A DNA stretch of 64,000 nucleotides from Chiloscyllium plagiosum (taxonomy: Eukaryota), in assembly GCF_004010195.1 (NCBI RefSeq), contig NC_057755.1:4866316-4930315 (forward strand), given 5' to 3'. The position numbers and the translations under genes were made by a program. Positions 38,342-49,614 of the stretch are shown here, piece after piece; position 1 is the first letter of the stretch, and every line of letters starts with the position of its first letter. Under the pieces are notes generated by a model. That model worked only from the letters and a program-made list of their open reading frames with translations. It ran no database searches and had not been told where the DNA came from.

Positions 38342-39297
38342 TTAACTCCATGGGAATTGTGATCCTGAATCGAGGCAATTGTGGGCTCTCCCCATGCATC
38401 ACTCGCTATTTGCTGGCAATGTCTACAGCAGATCTACTTCTCGTCATCCTTAATGTCTTACTCGATCGAATTAACATTCTTTATTTCCCGGTTAATTTCT
38501 TGTTCATCACTCCTCTCTGTGCCTCAAGAGTCGTTCTGTACCTTGCAGCCCTGGACTGCTCAGTTTGGTTCACAGTTGCTTTCACCTTTGATCGGTTTGT
38601 TGCAATTTGTTGCCAGAAGCTGAGAGCAAGATATTGTAATAAGAGATCTGCATTTGTGGTCATAATTACTGTGAGTGTGGTCAGCTGTTTGCGGTCAATT
38701 ACTTGGTATTTTGTGTTTACTCCTTTAATTGTTATTGACAATGTGCCGTGGTTTTGCATTGCAATATCAGACTATTTTACAGCATTATTTTGGAAAGTGT
38801 ATGTATGGATTGACAATATAATGATACCATTGCTTCCAATCGTATTGATTTTGGCATTCAATGCTCTGACTGTCAGACATATTATAATATCCAACCGCAT
38901 CCGCTGTCGCCTACAGCTCCAGGGAAATGGACAGACGAATACTGACCCAGAGATGGTAAACCAGAGAAAATCAATCATCTTGCTCATTGCATTGTCCGCA
39001 AATTTTACACTGTTGTGGATGACCCATGTCGTGCGCTCCTTTAACTGGCAAGAAATAAACTATAATTATGAAGACACGACTTTTGATCATCCAGTATTTG
39101 TCTTTCAAGAAATTGGATTCATGCTCCAGCTTCTGAGTTCCTGCACCAACACCTGCATTTATGCTTTAATGCAAACAAAATTCAGAGAGGAGCTAATCAA
39201 TGGAGTAAAATATCCATTTAATCGAATGGTTAAAATATGCAAATTGGTCAAAAGTTCTGACCTTCGTTTGAGACAGATTTTTCATTCAGAAACATAA
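38342..39297 (+). CDS. GPR139/GPR142-like orphan class A GPCR copy C, coding exon 2 (spliced protein 341 aa)
   Basis: Acceptor TTTATTTTCTTACAG| ending 38341; open frame; TADLL, DRF, PWFC, FNALTVRHI, CTNTCIY, KFREEL. Confidence 0.9.
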
Positions 39298-42200
39298 TCT
39301 GCTGGTTGAAACAGACAGTGGCATTCCCCTGGCTGTATTAAATGCAACGACGTCCATGTATTCAGAATTGGAAATGTGCCTTATGGCCACACAATTTGGA
39401 AATAATCAGTTCTGGTGAAAATTAACGAGTTGATTTTAGTATGATTTTTTCAATGAAAACTGAATATCTGCAAAGGATGTTGCTGGTGAAAAAGCTGTAT
39501 TTTTCTTTCGTGTTTCGTGTTGAGACATTCTCCAATTCTGATGTTTTTATGATATTGTTTTTTTCTCATTAATAACTTGATGTTCTTGCACTGTAAGGCC
39601 AGCGGCAGCGTCATGTGAATATTTTCACTGATTAACTACCACGGCAATCAAATGCAAAAATTAAACTTTAAATATTCCAAACTTCTGTCATTCTGGGATC
39701 TGATTTGACTTGTATTTTTAGCAACTGTGGCCATAACATACAATATTCTGAAGCGTTTTCCACAATTCACTTTGGTTGTACTTTAGGAAAAAAAAGGTGC
39801 CTTGTTGCCCAACTATTTTGTCCTATCACCCACAATCCATCTTTAATCGACTGCACAGTCAACATTTCTGAAAATTCTTCATTCGGTGTGCCTTTCATTT
39901 TGTATTGCTTTTTATAAAAAGAAAACTCATTACAGTTGAGGTTTCCATTCATTTCTGCAATTCTGGCTCGTTTTTGATACTTTCCGCAGTTTATTTCCGG
40001 TCACCGAAAGTACAATGCACAGTGGATGGTCATTTTCCTCACCATAACTGAGCAGCTCCCTGAGCATTGAGGCTGTGCGCCAAGTTTCACTGTGGAAGAA
40101 ATACTGAGCACTGACACTATTTATGGAGAAACTTACTGACTACTGATAAACGTTGCGAAGGAGATTATGGACCGGTCAGGGTGTGCTGAAGTAAAAGTAC
40201 AAACAGCCCCATGATGCATTTTGTCCGTCATATGAGCGCATGGTAAAACCACCAACTTTCTTGTAAAAGAAACCAATTGATGTTTGCAATGGAACTGAGT
40301 TTCAAATGACTTTACAAAGCCACTTTCTCTAACAAGGGATATGTGGAATTTGGTGACTCAGTGGAACATTACAGAAGTTGTCTTTCAGACTGTATGAACT
40401 GAAAAGAGGACAAAGTCATTTGAACGTACAGTGTTGTGATGCCATTTGTCACAAAGCTGGTCCTTCATTTGAAAAACAAACAAGCGATCCTTTTGTCAAA
40501 GATACTGTGCCCTTGTTTCTTTTATTAAGAGTGGTTGTTCAACAGCTCCGGCTCTGAATCGCCCGAAGTGGTACAGAGATGTAAAAGGTATTGGGACGCC
40601 GTTTTGTTTGCATGTGAACAATTGGGTCTTCAGGCCAAAGTTTTTATGATTTAGATGTTACCTGTATGAAGAAAGGGGGTGGGGATGTCAGTCCTGAAAC
40701 CTGAATTCTTGTTTTTAGTCACTTCAGTAGTGGTGTGTGTGGAGAAAGGCTGTTGAAGTCAGTTAACTGAGACTGGAACATCTCTCTCTCCTTCTGCCCT
40801 TCTCACTTCAACCTGAAAGCCTCTGTGTTCAAGTTTATTGGGACTGTTGTGTATTGTTGGAACAGCACAGTTAAGTCTAGTTAAGACAGACTAAGTACTA
40901 TAGGTATTCAGTATTTGGTTCTTTGCGATTCATTAAGTAATTTTGTGAATAAAGTTTCATCTGTTTTAAAACCTGGCAGTCAACCTAGTTGACGTACTCC
41001 GAGTAAATTTCACTGTACAATTAACGAAACAAATAGCAATGTTTAAGTCTGGGCTGCCTGCATGGGAATGTTGTGAGTGGTCTGGCCTCATCCATAACAG
41101 ATTGGGGGGTCTTCGAGGGAATTAAAGAGCAAAAGGTAGTTGCTCCTGTCCTTATTTCGGGTGTTGGTTTGGTTGGCCAGACAAGGGTTGGGAGAGTGAT
41201 GGCTCTTTCAGTCGCCAAGAGGTTTCTGGAGGTGGACGACGTGAGCGTGGTAGTTTTACAAAAGGTGATTCAGGCCAAGCTACTGGAATGAGCAGACAAG
41301 CTGGGGTCGGCACTGCCTCCTTCTTTGAGGAAAGGAGAGATCGTTAAAGGAATAGCTCAGCATTTAAACTCGCTGGAAAGTCCATTAGAAACTGTAGAGA
41401 TGGCAAATATTCAATTGCAATTGGATCAGCTTGAGTTAGAGGCGAGGGATAAGGAAACGGCAGCACAAATTAAACAGTTTAAGTTACGGTTCAAAGCAGA
41501 AGGGAAATAAAAAGTACGAAGGGCTTCAGCAGAAGAGAAAGAACAGGAGACAGCTTTCGAACTTCAGAAATTGACAGTTAAAAAGAGAAGTCAGCTTAAA
41601 AAGCTGGAGATGAATGCTGAAATTAAAATGAGTGAGGAATTCCCTGGTAGTGAGGATGAGCAAGCCCCTGGTAGTTAAATGCCCCTTGAGAAAACGTTTC
41701 AGTATGTTCAAACATTGCCTAATTATGATAAGAAGGACGTGAATACCTTTTTTCATCTCATTTGAGAAAGTGGCGAAACAAATGCAGTGGCGAGTGACCA
41801 TATGGGCTTTGTTGATCCATACAAGGTTAGCAGCTGAAGTGGCTGATGATTATGAGCTGGTCCATAAAACACAGCTTGGCTTTCAGGATCAATTTCAATC
41901 CATGAGGGATAGAAATTGGGGCAAAGGAATATCCTCATGTGGAAAGGGAAAGATAGATCCCCGTGAAGATCATAAGGATAACTTACCACAGGGTAAAAGG
42001 GAAACACTTGAAGGGGAAAAAGAAGGCATAAAGCTCCATTGTTTTCATTGCAAATACAGTGGAAATACACGTGAAATAAGAGTGTTGCTGGGCTAGGTGA
42101 AAGTTAGATGGAGGAAATCAGGACACTTTAATTGGACTGGTTACAGAAACCACAAGGGAAAGCTGCATCAGAGTGCATAAGTTGTTTAAAGTTTGATTAA

Positions 42201-45200
42201 GGAGAAATTTCCAGATTTGCTTAAAAAATATGCGTATTCACATCGGCTAGGAGTAACAGGTAAAGAGGTCATAATATTACAGGAGAGTCTGTGATACTGA
42301 AAGATGAGGAGATATGTACTCCTGAAGGACTATTGCCAGAAAAGGTACTGGTAACGGGAATTCACAGCGGGACGAAAAACACTCAGTTATATTCAAGTGA
42401 AGCTAGAATGACAAGAAAAGGGTGGAAAATTTGTGGTAGGAATGCAAGACAAACTCTCAGCTCCAGGAATACAATTTGTCCTTCCAAATGATATAGCTGG
42501 TTCACCAGTAGGAGCGCTGCTTACTTTCTAGTTGAAAAGCGAGTGGAGGTGCAGGCAAATGAAGCAATGCAGGATGTTTATCCAGGAATCTTCCCAGACT
42601 GTGTCTTCGCGAGATCAGGAGAGATCAAACGGCACAGATAATGAAGGCTGAAGAAGCATTATCAAAGAATTTTTTTGATCCAGTAAGTGGGACAGAGCAG
42701 GAGACAAATGTTAAAAATGCTAGTACCATTTGCTCAGCTAAGCCTGCTGACTTACAGCAGAAAGATGAGAACTTGACGCAGTTATGTCAAAAGCCATATG
42801 CAAGGATGCAGAGTGAATGCATTCCTGTGTGTTATTACTATACAAATGGTGTTAATGATGAAAGAGACAATCACACTTGTAAACAGATGAGAAACAGGCA
42901 GAAGCTAATCAGCTCGTTTGCCAGAAGGGTATGGAAAGGAAGTGTTGCAAGTGGCGCATGAGCTATCACTTGGAGGTCATTTCGGAGTGAGGGAAACACC
43001 GGCGAAAATACAAAGACTTCCTTGGACTACACAAGGATGTAGTTAAATATTGCCAAACATGTCATACATGTGAGCTAATCGGTTAACCACAGGCAATTAA
43101 AAAAATTGTCTGCACCTTTAATAAGTATTCCACTATTTTGCGCACCTTTCACAAGAGCACTTTGATTGGTTGTTTAGGTTCCCTACCTCAAACAAAAAGT
43201 GTGATTAAGCATTTATTGACAATAATATGTTTATTGACAAATTTCCAAGGCAGCTTGAAGGGTTGGAGGAGAACTGCTCTTTCTTTTTCACGAAATATGG
43301 ACTACCACTAGAGGTACAGTCAGATAAAGGGTCAAAAGACATATCCAAACTATTCAACGAGTTTATGGATGTTTGTGAAGAAAACAGTTCATATCTACTG
43401 TGTTCATTCCAGAATCAAAGGCGGAATCAAATGTTAAAGACCATGCTGAGGGATAAGGGAGTTCCGTTTGTGCTTTTTTTGAGAAGAGATGCCCCAAATG
43501 AATCGCCCTAATTCAGTCCCTTCGAATTAATTTTTGGGCATGAAGTAAGAAAACAGTTAAAATCGATAAAAGAGAAATTAATAAGCTAGAACTAATTCGC
43601 CACAAATTTGGATGATATGTCAAATCTTAGAGAGCGAATAAATAGTGCTGGAGAGTTGGCTAGACAGTGCTTAAAGGTATCCCAGCATACAATGAAACAG
43701 GAAGTGTTCAAGAAGTCTAAAATTCGTCATTTTGTCGTTGGGGACAAGGTATTGGAGTTACTTCCAGGAATAGGTAAACCTTTAAAAGCAAGGTTTAGTG
43801 GACCTTTATCAAATTGAGAGGAAAATGAGTGAACATAGAACATTACAGCGCAGTACAGGCCCTTCGGCCCTCGATGTTGCGCCTACCTGTCATATCAATC
43901 TGAAGCCCATCTAACCTACACTATTCCATGTACTCCATATGCTTGTCCAATGACGAAAAAAATGTACTTAAACTTGGCGAATCTACTACCGTTGCAGGTA
44001 CTACTCTCTGAGTAAAGGAACTACCTCTGACATCTGTCCTATATCTATCACCCCTCAATTTAAAGCTATGCCCCCTTGTGCTCGCCATCACCATTCTTTG
44101 AAAAAAGCTCTCCCTATCTACTTTATCTAACCCTCTGATTATCTTATATGTCTCAATTAAGTCACCTCTCAACCCTCTTCTCTCTAACAAAAACAACCTC
44201 AAGTCCCTCAGCCTTTCCTCGTAAGACCTCCCCTCCATATCAGTCAATATCCCAGTAAATATCCTCTGCACCCTTTCCAAAGCTTCCACAGCTTTCTTAT
44301 AATGCGGTGACGAGAAGTGTACACAATACTCCAAGTGCGGCCCCACCAGAGTTTTGTACAGCTGTAACATAACCTCATGGTTCCCGAACTCGATCCCTCT
44401 ATTAATAAAAGCTAAAACACTGTAAGCCATCTTAACAACCTAGTCAACCTTGGTGGCAAGTTTCAAACATCTGTGTACCTGGACAACGAGATCTCTCTGC
44501 TCATCTACACTACCAAGAATCTTACCATTAGCCCAGTACTTTGCATTCCGGTTACTCCGACCAAAGTGAATCACCTCACACTTGTTCACATTAAACACCA
44601 TTTGCCACCTCTCAGCCCAGCTCTGCAGCTTACCTATGTCTCTCTGCAACCTACAACATCCTTCGTCACTATCCACAACTCTACCGACCTTAGTGTTGTC
44701 TGCAAATTTACTAACCCACCCTTCTACGCCCTCATCCAGGTCTTTTATAAAAATGACGAAAAGCAGTGGACCCAACACCGACCCTTGCGGTACACCACTG
44801 GTAACTGGACTCCAGGATGAACATTTCCCATCAACCACAACCCTCTGTCTTCTTTCAGGAAGCCAATTACTGATACAAACTGCTATATCTCCCATAATTC
44901 CATTCTTCCACATTTTGTACCATAGCCTACTGTGGGGAACTTATTCAACGCTTTGCTGAAATCCATATGCACCACATCAACCGGTTTACTCATCTACCTG
45001 TTTGGTCACCTTCTCAAAGAACTCAATAAGGTTTGTGAGGCATGATCTACCCTTCACAAAACCATGCTGACTATCCCTAATCAAATTATTCTTTTCTGGA
45101 TGATTATAAATCCTCTCTCTTCTAAACTTTTCCAACACTTTACCAACAACTGAAGTAAGACTCACTGGTTTATAATTACCAGGATATGTCTCTACTCCCC

Positions 45201-45632
45201 TTCTTGAACAGGGGAACCACATTTGCTATCCTCCAGTCTTCTGGCACTATTCCTGTAGACAATGACGATTTAAAGATCAATGTCAAAGGCTCGGCAATCT
45301 CCTCCCTGGCTTCCCAGAGGATCCTAGGATAAATCCAATCCGGCCCAGGGGACATATCTATTTTCACACTCTGCGGGATTTCTAATACCTCTTCCTTGTG
45401 AACCTCAATCACACCTAGTCTAGTAGCCTGTGTCTCAGTAATCTCCTCGACAACATTGTAGTTTTCTAGAGTGAATATTGTCGAAAAATATTCATTTAGT
45501 GCTTCTCCTATCTCCTCTGACTCTACACACAACTTCCCACTACTATCCTTGATTGGCCCTAATCTTACTCTCATCATTCTTTAATTCCTTAAATACCTAT
45601 AGAAAGCCTTAGGGTTTACCCTGATCCTATCC

Positions 45633-45943
45633 NNNNNNNNNNNNNNNNNNNNNNNNNNNNNNNNNNNNNNNNNNNNNNNNNNNNNNNNNNNNNNNNNNNN
45701 NNNNNNNNNNNNNNNNNNNNNNNNNNNNNNNNNNNNNNNNNNNNNNNNNNNNNNNNNNNNNNNNNNNNNNNNNNNNNNNNNNNNNNNNNNNNNNNNNNNN
45801 NNNNNNNNNNNNNNNNNNNNNNNNNNNNNNNNNNNNNNNNNNNNNNNNNNNNNNNNNNNNNNNNNNNNNNNNNNNNNNNNNNNNNNNNNNNNNNNNNNNN
45901 NNNNNNNNNNNNNNNNNNNNNNNNNNNNNNNNNNNNNNNNNNN
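45633..45943. other. Assembly gap (N run)
   Basis: N characters. Confidence 1.
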
Positions 45944-46457
45944 ACTTTAGTGATAGAAAGGGATAGGTGTATACCACTGGGCAAGAGTTACAGCTGGGGG
46001 AAAGGCAATTATGATGCGATTAGGCAAGATTTAGGAAGTTCAAAATTTGAGAGAAGACTTGTAGCTCGGGTGCTCATTGTTGTGGTTCTGTTCGCCGAGC
46101 AAGGAATTTGTGTTGCAGACGTTTCATCCCCTGTCTAGGTGACATCCTCAGTGCTTGGGAGCCTCCTGTGAAGCGCTTCTGTGCTGTTTCCTCCGGCATT
46201 TATAGGGATGGAAACAGCACAGAAGCGCTTCACAGGAGGCTCCCAAGCACTGAGGATGTCACCTAGACAGGGGATGAAACGTCTGCAACACAAATTCCTT
46301 GCTCGGCGAACAGAACCACAACAATGAGCACCCGAGCTACAAGTCTTCTCTCAAATTTTGAACTTCCTAAATCTTGCCTAATCGCATCATAATTGCCTTT
46401 CCCCCAGCTGTAACTCTTGCCCAGTGGTATACACCTATCCCTTTCTATCACTAAAGT
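45944..46457. repeat. Perfect inverted repeat (248-bp arms, 18-bp spacer) centred on a Penelope-type terminal-repeat pair
   Basis: 45944-46191 is the reverse complement of 46210-46457; identical ORF peptides reported on both strands. Confidence 0.92.
46247..46286 (+). ncRNA. Minimal type I hammerhead ribozyme motif (Penelope-associated); mirror copy at 46115-46154 on minus
   Basis: gca-CTGAGGA-t-gtcacc-tagaca-ggggat-GAAACGTC-tgc: intact CUGANGA and GAAA cores, stem I gca/tgc, palindromic ACGU in place of stem III, GUC cleavage triplet. Confidence 0.7.
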
Positions 46458-48369
46458 GAACATAACAGAATTGTGATCGCTAACTTCAAAGTGCTCACCT
46501 ACTTTCAAGTCAACCCAGTACCAAATATAATGTGGCTTCGCCCCTTGTTGGTCTGTCTACATACTGTGCCAGGAAGCCCTCCTGCGCACATTCGACAAAA
46601 ACTGATCCATCTTTAGTACTCGTCGTATAGTGTTCCCAGTCAATATTTGGAAAGTTGAAGTCCCCCATGACAACTACCCTGTCTCTCTCACTCCTATGGA
46701 GAATCATCTTTGCTATTCTTTCCTCTACATCTCTGAAACTATTCGGAGACCCATAGAAAACTCCCAACAGGGTCACCTCTCCTTTCCTGTTTCTAACTTC
46801 ATGCCATACTAGCTCAGTGGATGAGTCCCCAAACATCCTTTCTGCAACTGTTATACTGTCCTTGACCAACAATGCCACACCTTCCCATCGTTTACCATCT
46901 TCTCTGTTCTTATTGAAACATCTAAATCCTGGAACTTGCAACATCCATTCCTGTCCCTGCTCTAACCATGTCTCCGAAATGGCCACAACATCGAAGTCCC
47001 AGGTGCCAATCCATGCTGCAAGTTCACCTACCTAATTCCGGATGCTCCTGGCATTGAAGTAGACGCACTTCAAAACAACGTTTTGCTTAATGGTGCCATC
47101 TTGCATCCCTGAAACTTGATTTTGGACCTCCCTACTCTCAACCTTTTCTCTCCTCGAAATACAATTTTGGTTCCCATCCCCCTGCTGGATTAGTTGAAAC
47201 CCACCCCAATAGCCTTAGCGAATTTCCTCCCCCCACCCCCCCCCCCCCCCCCCCAGGATATTGGTCCCCCTCTGATTCAGATGAAGACCATCCTTCTTGT
47301 AGAGGTCCTACCTACCCCAGAAAGAGCCCCAATTATCCAAGAATCCAAAACCCTCCCTCCTGCATGATCCCTGTAGCCACGTGTTCAACTCCTCTCTCCC
47401 CGTATTCCTTGCCTCACTAGCACGTGGCACGGGCAACAAACCAGAGACAACAACTTTGTTCGTCGTAGCTCTAAGCTTCCATCTTAGCTCCCTGAATTTC
47501 TGCCTGACATCCCCATCTCTTTTCCTACCTATGTCATTGGTGCTTATGTGGACCACGACCTGGGGCTACTCCCCCTCCCCCTTAAGGATCCCAAAAACAC
47601 GATCAGAGACATAACGAACCCTGGCACCTGGGAGGCAACACACCAAACGTGAGTCTCTCTCATCCCCACAGAACCTCCTATCTGGCCCCCTAACTATGGA
47701 GACCCCAGTGACTACTGCTCTGCTCCTCTTCTGTAACTCCTCTCAATAACCCCCTCTGCCTCCCGAATGATCCGAAGTTCATCCAGCTCCAGCTCCAGTT
47801 CCCTAACGCGGTTTTCGAGGAGATGGAGTTGGGTGCATTTCCCGCAAATGTAGTCAGCAGGGACACTAGTGGTGACCCTTACCTTCCATATTCTGCAGGA
47901 GGAACGTTCAACTGTCCTAACCTCCATTCCCACTATTCTAAATTCCCAAAGAGACTGTTAAAAAAAAGGAATAAAAATTAACTCGTTACCTTACCAATTT
48001 GGTGCAGAGGTACTTTTCTTTTGGTTAGAGGAAGATGACGGGTGGGAGACATTACCCGAGTAGTGTTTCGGGTAACGCAACCAAACAAATATATGACTTC
48101 CCAGAAGTCCTTCGCTCCTCCCTCATACCTCTCGGCAAATGGAGGCCCGACTCGCGAGGTAAGTCCGTTTTAATGCGGGTATACTCGCCCTTCCCGGCAG
48201 CCCTCGCTTCACCTCTCCTTCTTTCCTCGCCGCTCTGGCAATAGTGAGATGAACTACTTGATATGGACTCCAGAAATGAAAAGCCTCACAGAGTGTGTTC
48301 ATGTGAATATGTTCAAAAAGTACTTTGACAGAGAAGGAAAACAGGAAAAGGTATTAAAGATGAAGTTGA

Positions 48370-48715
48370 ACATTACACAACACCAGGTTATACTCCTGAT
48401 TTAGAGATGCTGGTGTTGGACTGGGGTGTACAAAGTTAAAAATCACTAGCTTTCGGAGTGACGCTCCTTCATCAGGTGATTGTCACAATCACCTGATGAA
48501 GGAGCGTCGCTTGAAAGCTAGTGCTTCCAATTAAACCTGTTGGACTATAACCTGGTGTTGTGTGATTTTTAAGGTTATATTCCGACAGGTTTGTTTGGAA
48601 GCATTAGTTTTCAGAGCGCTGCTCCTTCATCAGGTGGAAGAACAATCACACTATAACCTGGGTTGTGTGATGTTTAATTTTGTCCACCTTTGTCCAACAC
48701 GGCCTCCTCCACATC
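48370..48715. mobile_element. Rearranged cluster of Penelope-like terminal repeat fragments
   Basis: CTATAACCTGGTGTTGTGTGA / CACAACACCAGGTTATA units in both orientations, plus three hammerhead-like motifs. Confidence 0.6.
48441..48523. ncRNA. Divergent pair of minimal hammerhead motifs (48441-48481 on minus, 48490-48523 on plus)
   Basis: Minus: aatcac-CTGATGA-a-ggag-cgtca-ctcc-GAAAGCTA-gtgatt. Plus: cac-CTGATGA-ag-gagc-gtc-gctt-GAAAGCTA-gtg. Confidence 0.68.
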
Positions 48716-49614
48716 TTGTCCTGGATGGTGTGAAGCATCTTTTATGGAGTAGAGCTCTCCCCATGTGAGTGAGTGGATTAAGGGGCATCCACTTAGGACA
48801 GAGATGAGAAGGGATTTCTTCTTTGTAGGTGATCAAACCGGCATTCACAACGTGCTTGACTTTTAACTGCTCAATCAAACAGCTAAATCAAGCAGTACAA
48901 GCGTTCTGAGGAGATAAATCTTCACTTTGCCTGGAAGTCTCTGTTACAATCCAATGTTGCTTAATTATCTATGCTTGCCACATTTGGTATTGAATAATTA
49001 GAATCGGAGGAAGAAATGGATTCATTGAGCACAATGTGCACAAATTGGTCAAGAGGATTTAAAGCTGGATGATTTCCGGTCTGAGGAAGGGTCACGAGAA
49101 CTGGCGCTTTAACTCTGATTTCTCACTAAAAATGCAATCAAACCTGCTTTGAGCAATTGCTTTATTTATTTCATATGCAATAGTTTCAGGTGATCTTTGA
49201 TGGAATTGGGTCATCACTGTCGGCTGGTGGAAAGGTAGGACTGGAAAATAGAGACAGCTTTCACCACAAACCAGTGGATCCCATCAGTGTGTGTAATGTC
49301 ACTGTCTGAGATGCGTATCATTCTCCTCAGAGAAATTGTATCATTTATCCACGCAAGTTTGTTTCAGGTAACATGCATCCCATTAAATTCCTGAAGAGAT
49401 TTCCCTTTTTCGTAACTGCTCCGAGTTGTCTCTGTGTGTTTTCACAAGGAATTGATTCAGAGAAGCAGTGTTTTTCCCTTTCTCACACTTGATGCCTCTC
49501 CATCTCTGTCGCTCTCTGTGTTCTCTTTTCTTCCCTGTATCTGGGGTTTTCTCTTTATTTCTGTCTCACCCTCTGCCATTCTTCGCTGTTGCACTGCTTT
49601 GAACCAAAGACAGA

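Larger units (their letters stand above)
43833..48242 (-). mobile_element. Near full-length CR1 LINE (ORF1 zinc finger/leucine zipper + esterase; ORF2 APE + RT), inactivated
   Basis: TSD AGTGA at 43828-43832 and 48243-48247; ORF1 YICGKC..LENRVRELELELDEL and VHISTNDIG...LNTWL; ORF2 [39 protein letters not shown]; (CATAGAA)n tail. Confidence 0.93.
40447..48357 (+). mobile_element. Second Gmr1-type Gypsy element (5' LTR, gag, PR, IN), split by CR1 and 3'-truncated
   Basis: LTR TGTCACAAAG...CCATAACA at 40447-41099; colinear with 6472-9870; integrase GPY region interrupted at 43832 and resuming at 48243. Confidence 0.85.

Noticed and set aside
45950..46508. Identical peptides on opposite strands suggesting a duplicated gene
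   Set aside because: Chimeric CR1/Penelope reading frames created by the palindrome.
49079..49165. Another hammerhead (CTGAGGAAGGGTCAC...)
   Set aside because: The GAAA core and stem II are destroyed; at most a relic of a Penelope-type repeat.
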